Below are positions 53,002-64,000 of a stretch of 64,000 bases of DNA, one piece after another. Under the pieces are notes generated by a model. That model ran no database searches. It was given only the letters and a program-made list of their open reading frames with translations, and was not told where the DNA came from. The position numbers and the translations under genes are program-made. The first letter of the stretch is position 1. Each line of letters starts with the position of its first letter. This DNA is from Klebsormidium nitens (Eukaryota; Plantae; Klebsormidiophyceae). The stretch spans positions 1 to 64,000 of the forward strand of contig DF237014.1 of NCBI GenBank assembly GCA_000708835.1, in the 5' to 3' direction.

Positions 53002-53991
53002 TCACCACTGCCCAAGAGCTTTCCTGAGCTCTGGAATCACCAGGTATTTAGAAATACCCTCAAGGTTACTAAGCAACCTACATGAGGAGAAGCAAGCGTG
53101 GCGCATGGCAGAGCACTCAGGGGAATGCCAAACATATGCGAGTGCAGACTGGAGCTGAATGTAGGTGATATATTCAGGAATCCCAAGCTTCTCATCATCA
53201 CTTCTAAGCTTACCACGGTCAGCGCCAGCAGAAGCTACGCTCGTCTGCTGCTCCACCGACTCATCAACTGTCCCACTAGCAGGATCCCTCGCTTTTGGAG
53301 GTCCATTCCCCTGCTGGGGCTGCCTTCCAATTGTGCCCACTGACGCCATGCCAGGGGTGGCCCTTTCGTTTGTAGCACTCACTGCTTGGTCAGCATGGGG
53401 GTCCACATTGTGATGGGGCGCAGGATGAGACCTCTGCATTGTGAGTCTTGCTTTACTAGTCAGGCTTTCTTGCGAAGTGATGTAGTCAGACAAATCAGTA
53501 ATGTGGTAGAATTGTTTCTTACTGTTTCAAGTAAAGGCACAGATGCATGCAACAGCAATTGGGCCCTGATTGAATGCAAGTCCAGTTCATCTCTGAGCTT
53601 ACATGCATGCATACTGAATTCGCACTAAGAACTTCAAGTGGTGAGGCCGCGCAGTCACCGCTAGTTGCATGAATGAGTGAGCCTGGCTTCAGGAGTTTCT
53701 GCAATTGTTGGTGACAAATACTCGTGCCGCTTAAGACAGACCTAAACATGGAGTTGCAGATTCCGAATGTGAACTTTCAAATACTCTGCCGTCCTCAAGT
53801 TGCATGGGTGTTTCAATGGACCAAAAACCCCATACCTGCAATTCTGTTTGTAGGTTTGCACCTTGCCAGTCCGCACCATAGTTGAAGGCAGAACTGGCGC
53901 CACTGCTCTTCTCAGAAGGTGCAAAGGTCTCCTTAACAGCAGTACCTGCTTCCTTCAAGGGCTTCATCACTTCCTCTTTCAGCTTGGACAT
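53002..53991 (-). CDS. Possible spliced hydrophilic hypothetical protein (LEA-like composition); boundaries unresolved
   Basis: ORF MSKLKEEVMKPLKEAGTAVKETFAPSEKSSGASSAFNYGADWQGANLQTELQ ends at a strong CAG|GTATGG donor. An in-phase hydrophilic ORF follows an ATGCAG acceptor near 53435. No family was recognised. Confidence 0.3.
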
Positions 53992-54799
53992 CTTGCAAAT
54001 CGTCGGCTCGTACTAGCAGGGCTCAGCAATGGGGCCAATTCTTGGCGTTCTCTCAGGAGATTAAGACAAAGCAGCCTCCCAACCGTGCAACCGGCCTCCA
54101 AGAACACGACTTCTCTAGTCAGGCAATCAGGCTGATCCTCGGCTGACGACGTCCTAGTAGCCGCGGAGTTCCGTCTTTACAGTGGCGAAGAGGACAGCAA
54201 TTCTGGCAATTGATCAGCAGCGAAGTCGAAGCACAGGTAAGACTATAATGATAACCAAGGTCCTGAAGGTCGTCCCTAGCCTGTCGCAAAGCCAGCCCGC
54301 TCACATAGATGTGAGGGGGATGTGAGCAACAGAGCAATGAAGTAGACTGCATGACGCATGCGTCGCCTCTGCAGTCTGTACAGCCAGTGCCGTGCTTTCT
54401 CATCAGCTGAGCGCGACCAAATCCCGAATCGACGGTGCGATACCACAGCACCGATTTTGCGGCTGCATCACATCGTCCGATCACGAGCCACACATGCGTA
54501 GCCTAAACCGACTTCGCGGCCGGCGGCCGCGGTGGAGAAAGCTTGCTTCTTCCGAATCCTACTATTATTGAATATAGTACATTCCTTCGCCCCTAGTTCC
54601 CAGCGTGCAGGCGGCAGCAGCGCTCATTATTACGGTAGTGCTCAGTCGTTTCAGAGCGCCCATTTCAAGACCCGTTTGTGTGAGGGTACGTTAGGTGCAG
54701 GATAGGTGACCAACACCTCCTGGATACTGTTGACTTTGCCAAGTGGCACCACCTTTTTGTTTCCAAGGGGTCCTTAGTGTTGATCACTTGCCGGAGGAA

Positions 54800-57126
54800 A
54801 TGTTGGCCCGAGCTAGAGTCAGCTTTCCTGGGTGGTTGGGCGGATGTCGTCCAGGTTCTGTGAAAAGCGCCGGGCTAGATTTAAAGATTGCCATCGTCCA
54901 GAGATGTGCAGTGGCAAAGATGACGAAGAAAGGTTTTGAGTGCGCTGTCAATGTGTCAGCGAGTGAGGTTTCTTCTGCAACTCAAACAGAGACGGTTGGC
55001 TTGCTTGAAAAGCAGAAGACGGACGCATGGTTGAAATACGGGCATGAGGCGCCACCTCAAAAGCCAGCCCAAAAGCGTGCAACCTGGGTGAGGCCCGGCT
55101 ACAAGAAGCCTGAACCTCAGCAAACTGTTGACAGAACCGCTGCTGAAGGAGCTCAGCAATTTGGCAGAAGGGCGAAGCAGAGAACGATTGCGGCGATCCA
55201 GCAGGCGGCAGACGCGACGGAGGTTGAGGAGATCTTAAAGAAATTGGGATCAACGGGCCTGAGAGTTAGTATGTTTGCGGAGCTGATAAAGTTGGGGGAT
55301 GTGGACCGTAGCAAGCAGGTAATGTTGCTGCCACCACTTAAGCCCTGCTGCTTCTTGCCAAGATGTGGTTATTTGTGAAGCTTCAAGACAATCTAGCAAC
55401 TTCCACCAGTTCGAAACACTAAGCTATTGTGTTGTCCCATAAGGAAAGTGCATCTGCTGAGGAGTTGCTCACTTACTGGACAGCTATTGGAAGAAGTTGT
55501 CGAGGCAGGTGATCCTTGTTCAATGGAGACTGGATTCCGCTGGATGTCATGCTCCTTGTCAACCCCATGGATACTTTGCTCCGAAAGGACTTACTGGACT
55601 TGACGAATAGAGCCAGAACCAGGCAAGCGCCGCTGCACTGCTGACAAGCAGGCTGTTTGCATGGGTCAATCAAGCTGGCACATTCAGCGTCATATCGCTG
55701 GGGTAGGAGTACACGCAGAAGTGAATTGGTTTAGGCTATCCAAGCTCCTCTGACAGGTCAATCGCTTACTTCTGAAAGTTTTTAACACTTCGTTTCCCAC
55801 ATCCTAATGGGAGCTTCTGGCAAACATACCTCAAAAGTGTCGTTTTCTCCCTGCTGTCAGGTACTGGACCTGCTCCATTCGTACGGCGTCGACAAGTTGG
55901 TGGTCAGCTACAACAAGCTCCTGTCCCTGCTTCTTTCCGTAAACCGCCTGCAGGACGCGGAGGCGCTTGTGCAGGAGATGCGAACCAAGGGCGTCGAACC
56001 CAATGGGGCAACGTACAACATTCTCCTGACTGCGCTTGTGAGCGAAGGCCGCCTCAAGCAGGCGGACTACCACTCGAAGGCACTAGAGCCCATCCTCAAA
56101 GGAATGGCGGCCGAAGGGGAGGGAGATGCCCCGCATGACTTTGAGTTCCGGAGCCTGGTTCTGGCATATGTGCGGCGGGGCATGATAGCTGAGGGTTTGG
56201 CGTTGCTGCGAAAGCACCACGATGCGGGGTTAAAGCTGACGGCGTTTGCCTACAACAAGCTGCTGGAGAGCTGTGCGGAGAAGGGGTCACTTCGACAGAC
56301 GGAGAAAGTGCTCGATGCGATGAAAGCAACGGGAACGGAGCGTGATATTGCAACTTACAGCGCTCTCCTTGGGATTTACACCAAGAAGGCCCTGCTTCTC
56401 GAAGCAGAAAGTGTGCTACGAGACGCGCTGGCGGCTGGGCTGCGGCCCGACGCGCGCTTCTACAGCATCCTCATGGCGGCCTATGCAGAGCGGGGGCTGC
56501 GGGAGAAGGCGGACGGGGTTTTGGCGACGATGGCAGCCAATGGTTGCCAACCGGATGTGGTGACGTACAACACGTTGGTGGACGCGTATGCGAAGCAGGG
56601 CAACATGGAGGGGGGAGAGAAGGTCCTGGAAACGATGGAAGCTGAGGGGATAAGTCCGGACGTGGTTACTTTCACGACACTGATTGCAGCGTGGGCGAGG
56701 CAGGGCCAGTTGGAGAGAGCGGAGGCGGTTTTGGAGCGGATGATTATTGCGGGGCTGGAGCCGAATGCATTCACGTACACTGCTCTGATCAGCGGGTTCG
56801 CGAAGCTAGAAATGTTTAGGCAGGCGAACGAGGTGCTAGACAGGATGCGGGAGGCGGGGGTACAAACGACGACGGTAACATATAACGCGCTTCTGACAGC
56901 GTACGCGCACGCAGGTATGTTCGGTAGGGCCGAGCAGCTGCTTGCGGAGATGGAGAGCGACGGGTGCCCTCCGAGCCTTGTCACTTATTCGGTGTTGATT
57001 AGTGAGTACTACCAGCATGGCAAACCCGCAGCGGCGGCGAAGCTGAAAGAGTCGCTAAGAGGGACGGAAATGTACGAAACGTTGGCACGGAACAAGCGGA
57101 GAAACTTCAAAAGGAATGTGGATTGA
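54800..57126 (+). CDS. P-class pentatricopeptide repeat protein with organellar targeting peptide, 2 exons (54800-55318, 55861-57126), ~11 repeats
   Basis: Tandem 35-aa units such as VVTYNTLVDAYAKQGNMEGGEKVLETMEAEGISPD. No E or DYW domain. Phase-0 intron CAG|GTAATG...CAG|GTA. Confidence 0.92.
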
Positions 57127-58500
57127 GGTTGACGATGTCATTTGAACGGAATGATTGCATGGACAGGCAGCCCACGTGCTGTGTTGCAATCCAGGGTTTG
57201 CTGAGTAGCTGTTTGTATACGGAGCCGTTGCGTTGGGTTTCTCTATCTGGATTTTGCAGTCCTTTGCATACTCTGGCCGATAGACCGCCGACCAACCGTG
57301 TCGGCTCGGCTTCTTGCAGTATCTGTAACCTGGTACAATCGCGGGCTGTTTCTCATGCTGATCGATATAGCGTCCATGCATTTTTGGCACTGTGTCTTCA
57401 TACGTGACAAAGACGCGCATGGATTGCATGCGCATACATGATTAATACGGAATTGATTAGATGGACTCCCTCATGGTGGTAGGCTATCAATAGGCATGGC
57501 TCCTGGCATCCGACCATAAAGCAGCCTTGCAATACAAAACCATGTGCACCTCGACGGACGGTCACAGACATGCGCGAGCAGAAGCTCGATCAGTATGCGC
57601 AGTCGTCGCCAAGCTGTTGGATAGCCTGCGAGGCACATAAATTTTTTGTACGAAGCTTGACACACGTTCGGTACATGCGAGTAACAGACCAGTTGCAATT
57701 GAATGGCCATGGAAGATTTTATGGAAGCGCCGCAGCCATGGACGGCCTAATTCAAGCGTTGCAGATTCAAGAACAGGATCATCATGTATGCCATAAAAGC
57801 CTATGGCCCATGTGGCTACGGCCTTTTGAAAAGAGAACATCACTCAAGTAAAACGCATATGGCGCCGCCTGGTCGCGTACATCCTGGGCCGCCGCTTACC
57901 AGTTGTGGCGACCATGTGACAGTGAGGCAGCTTTAAGTGCAGTCCGTTGAAGTGCAGGCGCCCAGCACATGTGGCAGTTATCAACCGTTTCATGATTAGA
58001 CTACAATCACTCGAACGTGTCTCCATCGCAAGATCCTAGAATTAGTACGTCTTCAAAATGAGGAAGTACTGATATGCATATGGATTTTGAAGCACATGCA
58101 ACGATACCTACTAGGTCAATGAAGATGTACCGACATCCGCGCTAAGAAAGGCTTAGCATTGAAACATGCATGATCAAGGGAACAGTTTGCACGATAGATT
58201 TATTCAACACCATTCAGTGCACGAGCGCGTTGAGATCGACAATGTCTATCCAAACATAACACCTGAACTCTATGAAGGCACTAGCTATCTAACTGATTAT
58301 GTGTTAGTCTAACCTAAGCTGCGCTATTTCGCTGCAATGTACCTGCCCTATGCCGACAGGCGACCGGCCTAGTCCTTGAGACCTCCACCTCTGCACGAGC
58401 GTTGCAACACTTTCACGAGGAAGGCTGCAAGTTGGCGAAGCAGCGCCTACTATGATCTCTGATCACGATCGAAAGCACGACAGTGCCCTTCTGAAACACC

Positions 58501-61500
58501 TCACAGAAAAGTTTCGAGCTTCTTGACTATAGTCGCAAATGACGGCCGGGTCTTAGGTGCTTCTCTCCAGCACTCCTGCATCAAGCTCATCCAGGCCGAC
58601 AGACCAGCCGGCGCCTCTTCAGGCAGAGGCGGTCGGAGGCCTCTGTACAACACGCCCTCTGCATGCCAAGCAAATGAAGTTCGTCAGGCCAACTGAGACA
58701 ACATTCGTCCTCTTGGCTAAGGATAAAGCCAACATAACATGATACATCTCCTTTCAATGATTGGACCAGGTTCTCCGTTCGTGACAACTTTGTAAACAAC
58801 GAAATGGCGGAGTTGGAAACACGTCGCAGGACAGCATAGCAGGATCGGCGTGCACAAACTTACCCTCGAGAACGGAGTGAATTGGGCTCTTCCACTTGAG
58901 TCATATTGAAGGCTACCAGGTCTTTCTGGTTGCCACGCTCGTTTCGCCATCACTCGATCATTAGAGCATCCGAGAAGTTGGGATTTCAAAAACGAAGTCT
59001 TCTTGCCTCAATCAGAGCGGTTCGTCGAAGGAGCTTACCAACAATCTCGTCGTAGCTGAGGTCACGGTGCGGTTCCAACCCTGTCGTGATTTCCCACATG
59101 AAAACCCCGAAGGAGAAGACATCTACCTGCAGGCAGGTGAATCTTGGTCACATGGACACGCAAGCAGAACGTTGGACCATAGAGGCAAGAGCACGGTGCA
59201 GCCAACACTGCGACAGCAGCCGGCAAAATGCCAGTTTCGAAGCCGGGAAATTGCGCAGATAACGATGTAAAGACCAAAGTTGAGCAGGGACTACAAAGCA
59301 CGGCGAAAGACAGATGCTTAGTAACAACTACTTTTGTTCGAATCTTCGTAACTCGACCGTATGACACGATGTTGGAGCGAGACTGTGAAGTGACGTCGTT
59401 CGAGGTTGTACCTTATGATCGACTAATTTGGAGCGGTCGTGAACCTCTGGAGCCATGTACGCAACACTGCCACGGCCGTAGAAGTCAAGGGGCTCGCCTT
59501 GCGCCTCAAAAGCCAGCCCAAAGTCGGTTAGCTGCAGCACAAAGAGTGCCGGTCAGAAACGACAATTTTAGAAGCGCATTTATGGCTAAGGGCGTTCAAT
59601 CTGCGGCATTCTAATTGTCAAAAGCACACGCCAACCACTTCTGCTGATGCAACAGATCGGGATTCATGCTGACTGCCAACCTAGAAACTAGCTTCTGGCA
59701 CGTTCGTGACAGGGACGTGACGCAAACACTATCTGATGACTGCTCACTTAATTATTACCTGAAAAGCACGAAGCGGCTCATGGCCCGTTTTGGCGTTAGG
59801 CGTACCTTATAGACTCCCCAGGCGTCCACCATGACGTTCTGACTTTTGACGTCGAAATGGATGATCCCTAGGGCATGCATGTGCTCCAGAGCGCGGGCGA
59901 CATCCAGTGCGCAGGACAGCAGCTTGTCCGAGGGTAGCCCGCCCCTGGGAGAAAGAGGAATGCCTCATAGTCGGTTGCAAGCCGCAATCAGGAAAGGAAC
60001 TATAGATCGTCTGATACTTCCCGTTGTGAACAGAGTGGCGAGCTACTACGACTCAAGAAACCGATACTGCCTGAAGCTGAGTCCGAGAAGGCAACAATTC
60101 GACAGAACACACAACTTTCAAGCAACCGGAGTCCCAGTTTGGGACTCCAGCTGTTGCCTATTTGCATACTAACAGTTTCAGTATGATTGTCCTGTTTCCG
60201 GATGCCAGCCAAGCAGTCACACCTTGATCTCAGCTGGTTTGTCAGGGTACTGTCTGGTGACATGAGCTCCATGACCATGGCATTTTGCCCTGGGTGCCCC
60301 ATTTGCAGAACAGTGGCAAGGCTTGCCAATCCGTAGCAATGTACAATGTTCTGGTGTCGACACCGGCGATGGAGACTTGTCTGCAAGCCAGAAAAAGAGC
60401 CTGTTGAGAGCATCCTACGAGGTGCTCCTTCCATGCGGAAAGGTACTCAGACCTCAGAAACAAGTCCGGACTGCTTGCAAATCCAAAGAGCATCGAGAAC
60501 GTTGGTGTGCACAGCCCGTCCAAACCATGTAAAACAGACACTCAAAACGAACTCGAAAAGTTGAAGCTTGAAACGAGTACCAAGTCTCACCTCCATCAAG
60601 AAGTCTGCGTAACTTTCTTCCAGGTTGCCCTCCTCTTTCAGCATCGACTCATTCAGCAACTTGACAGCAGCTCGACCGATGCCGTCCACTTCCGCCTCAA
60701 AGACATGACCGTACGTGCCCGAGGCTACATGACGGCCCAACTGGAGCAAGAAGATCACTAACGAGAATGGGTCGGCACCCCACTAAGAGTGTTGACACTT
60801 ATGACTCCATCGTTTTCTTCAACATTTTGAAAGGCAATAGACGGCCAATCGCCTCCGGTTTCTCGGGAACTAACTGTTAGGAAGACCGCAAAGAATTCAA
60901 ACAATCTTCGTTGGCAGTGTGGCCGAGCAAGTGGGGATTGCCCAGAGGATTTGCAAAATCGAAAGGCAAAATACAACTCAGGACTGGATAGTGGATCTAT
61001 TGCTTGCATATGACTCTTCAGTAAGAGGGATAGGTCTTGATGTCCCATTCTGTCTGTTGCGCATGGTGATATTCAGAGACACTGCCATTTCTTTGTTCTT
61101 CTCAACGTTGGGCAGGGCTCCAGCTCAGAAGAAAAAGCATTTTTAATTAATCTAAGATGCTTCTGGAGCAGATGACCATTCCTTTGGCGACGCACCTTTC
61201 TGATGCTCAGTACCTCCTTTTTGAGCTCTTCTTCGACCAGGAGGATCTTGCTGAGCCCAAAATGTGATGGTATATGATCCACTTGGAATGCTGGCCAAGG
61301 AGCGTCGCCCATCTCTGTGCTCCAGATGTCTGCATCGCCTCCCACGGCAGGCCGCCTTGATGGCTTCCCATCCAAAGCTTCTCCAATCGTTTGCTCAATC
61401 GTGCAACCTCGGCACCTCTTCCCATTTTTCTCTGACAACAGGAGGTGCAGGCAGCGCCCAAGATGGTCCCCCAGAGATGGGAGGTGCCTCCAGCACCCCC

Positions 61501-62079
61501 CCGCCTGCTCAGGGGCACATGTCAGCACGCTGTCAAACTCTCTGACCTCAGCCTGCAAGGAGGTAAGGTTGAGTCTGAAATGACGTTGGTAACAATTGCT
61601 CATTGAAAACAAATTGGATAAGCCTATTTCATGTAGCTTGCAATCAAGGGCCTTTCGAGCCTCAATCAATCTAGATGATGTGCCTGGTCCAGGTTTGTGG
61701 AGAAGCCTATGCATATCGAAAGGGTAGCGCAAATTAATCTGCGAGTCACACCTGCTGCAGATTGCACCACCACCACCATCATCGACAGAGAAATCTTTCT
61801 AGTGACATCAACCACTACATAATGTGGAGAACTTTTACACTGCTTTTACTGTGCCTGCATGTATAGAATGAGCTTCACCTTTGAGCTGGTGAGGTCATGT
61901 GATTCCTCATAAGCATAGTTGATTGCATCTCTCAGCGGTCCTCTCCCCAGCCAGCTGATTGTGGAGAGGCATGGCACAAGACCAAATACCATCGCAAACC
62001 CTTTCGATGAGGAGCCAGCTGGAGCAACTTCGAAGTGCTGATATCGAAGTGTATGGAAGAGAAGGTGCCCTCGCCAGCG
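58501..62079 (-). CDS. TKL/Raf-like (group C-type) protein kinase, non-RD, with unrecognised N-terminal region; 5' end unresolved
   Basis: Exons encode LGRHVASGTYGHV, AAVK, FLME, HQNIV, IIHFDVKSQNVMV, LTDFGLA, YMAPEV, DVFSFGVFMWEI and LMQECW...RPSF. Upstream exons at ~61195-61555 and ~61878-62079 join in phase 0. Confidence 0.85.
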
Positions 62080-62854
62080 CTAAGAGAATTGTTATTAGTT
62101 GAAGACTAGGGAACCACTGGCAGATCACTCTGTTTCTTTAATGCGGCACTTGATAGTGTGCAGCCTTCCTTTAACTCTGTCCCTGCGAATTGTGAGCCAT
62201 GATCTGCCCAGACAATTTCCTATCCACCAGATTGTCTGACATCCAGATGCCGATGATCATGAGCTCCCACAAGCACCATCTCATTAGACACACCACCCCG
62301 AACCATCACGACAGAACTAGGTAAATGCTGGAGCACCAAGACTCAGAGGCTGTCTTTCGGTTGAGGTTGGCCAATGGACGCCCCACAGTTTCAGGACTCG
62401 GTCAGTTTGTCGTTGGGCGTTTTGCCCACAGATCCTGGTGTGCGCCCCCATTGTCGAGCTATGAAGTCAGGCAGCTGACCCGCGAACTGCGCTCAGACCT
62501 CAGTTCAACTTGTGTCAGGCCAGGCTGCAGGAGGCTGAGGGAGCCCCCTGCGAAGGGCGAAACCTTCGGGGAGGGGTCGACCAAACCGAATTGTCGATGG
62601 CGGAGATCTACCTACCACCGGTGGGTGGTACCCGGTCGATCCCTACTCGGCAGAGGATCTCCAGTGTCGCACAGTGTCCACCATCCAGTCACATCCAGTG
62701 CATGCACATCGCGCATTTGCCCCGACGTACACCTGCGACCTACCGGTACTTTGAGGTTGTGCGGTTGGATCACCCCGAGCTCTTAGTCGGTCGACCGTCG
62801 ATCGATCGACCGGGCGTCTTGCGAACATTAGAGGTCATGATTGACCGTCCCCAG

Positions 62855-63199
62855 GGGCCTATGCACACACAAAGTTGGGTCTCGGTGCCGATTTTGGGGC
62901 TCCAAAGCCAATTTCACAGGACCGGAACCCGGCCACTTGGAACCCGGCAACCCGCTATGCACACAGGCAACTCGACAACCTGTTTTCTACGACACAAGAA
63001 CCCGATTGTATTATTCGGAACCCGGCCGTAGGGCCGGGTTCCGAATTTTGGCAAATTCGAGGAACCAGGTTGCGATCGAGAACCCGGAACCCAACTCCTG
63101 TGTGCACAGCCGTTCCTCGGCACCGGGTTGCAAATTGAAGCACCAGGTTCCCAATTTGCCTGGGGAACCCGGAACCCAAACCTCTGTGTGCATAGGCCC
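62855..63199. mobile_element. 345-bp non-autonomous TIR element (MITE) with 15-bp perfect TIRs and a 3-bp CAG target-site duplication; PIF/Harbinger(PHIS)-like
   Basis: TIRs are GGGCCTATGCACACA (62855-62869) and TGTGTGCATAGGCCC (63185-63199). CAG flanks the element at 62852-62854 and 63200-63202. Many internal GGAACCCGG motifs occur in both orientations. No coding capacity. Confidence 0.82.
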
Positions 63200-63363
63200 C
63201 AGCTGTCACTGTCGCAAAATGTACAAAGATGACGAGAAAAGTTTGGGAGAATTTTGTTCGGACGGTACCGGGCGCACAATGGCTGCGGATGGTACCAACC
63301 GTCACTTCGCGTGCGGTACCCATCTTTGCCAAGCGCAGACGCAACCGGGCACTATGACTGACC

Positions 63364-63501
63364 TTAGGGTTAAGTCACAAAGCAGTGATGGTATGTTAGG
63401 GTTACGCCACTACCTGTGACGGTTTGTTAGGGTCGCGTCCCTTCCCTGTGAATGCTCTCCGATTAGGGTTCCCACTAACGGCTAAGCCACTGACCTTAGG
63501 G
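63364..63501 (+). repeat. Five same-strand TTAGGG(TT) telomere-like/telo-box motifs spaced 31-36 bp apart
   Basis: TTAGGG at 63364, 63396, 63427, 63463 and 63496. Two copies share the context ACTGACCTTAGGGTT. Confidence 0.8.
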
Positions 63502-64000
63502 TTTTCGTGCGGTTTGGTGTTAGCCGAGCACTTTATCGGCGTCCACCGAAGGCGTCCGTGTCCGATTCTCCCAAGTTTTATTCGTGCCTCTTGCCTGTCT
63601 GTCACTTGACACCCAGCGGCCAGCCGCGCTGAGCCGGAGGGCACGCGGCCGGCTTTTATGTGGGCCGCCGCGAGCAAGCCGCGGCCCGGGCGGCAGCGGC
63701 GCGCTGCGCGCGGCGCGGGCGGCCGCGACCGTGGTAATAGGCGGCCGCCCGGCGGCAAATCAAAACCTCGGCTAAAGCCGCGGGTTTTGTAACTATTGAG
63801 CGAACTCCTCAGCGCGGCGGCTGATGTCGCGGCCGCCATGCGGCTGCTAAGTTTCTGCTACTTGACCATTCATTTGCAGCATTGGGGCCGGGCTCTGAAT
63901 CCGAGACAGAGCTTTTGAAAGCTTCGTGGCGCTGTTAGGAGTTTTTGAAATGGCAGGAAGGCAACTAGCTTTGGGCTCTATTCAGCACTCTTTGCAGGGC

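Noticed and set aside
57731-57752. LGRPWL, resembling the C-terminal motif of retroelement aspartic proteases
   Set aside because: No upstream D(S/T)G, and no gag, RT, integrase or LTRs nearby.
63765-63810. Hairpin as a possible Helitron 3' end
   Set aside because: It is not followed by CTRR at the expected distance, and no matching 5' TC terminus was identified.

Overview
Intron-rich eukaryotic nuclear DNA with GT-AG introns (mostly GTGAG/GTAAG...TGCAG). No prokaryotic features, rRNA, intact tRNA or CRISPR array were seen. The combination of Rab23, FtsH12, an SYT6-type synaptotagmin and a P-class PPR suggests a flagellated streptophyte alga such as Klebsormidium (inference). Eight multi-exon genes could be assembled by hand: Rab23 (+), a very long FtsH12-like plastid AAA protein (-), a multidomain fucosyltransferase/GT2-GT7 fusion (+), RPB9 (+), SYT6-like SMP-C2 protein (-), glyoxalase II (+), a PPR protein (+) and a non-RD Raf-like kinase (-). 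Two further ORFs are low-confidence. The most notable observations are: (1) the FtsH12 orthologue has lost the HEXXH/Asp zinc site and one arginine finger, and has gained several hundred coiled-coil residues; (2) the multi-catalytic glycosyltransferase architecture; (3) a head-to-head pair of 322-bp hairpin-rich repeats; (4) a concentric fold-back MITE with a CAG target-site duplication beside a phased TTAGGG array; (5) repeated duplication of splice-site regions into adjacent introns. All homology calls come from motif recognition and recalled reference sequences, not database searches, and exon borders are hand-derived.
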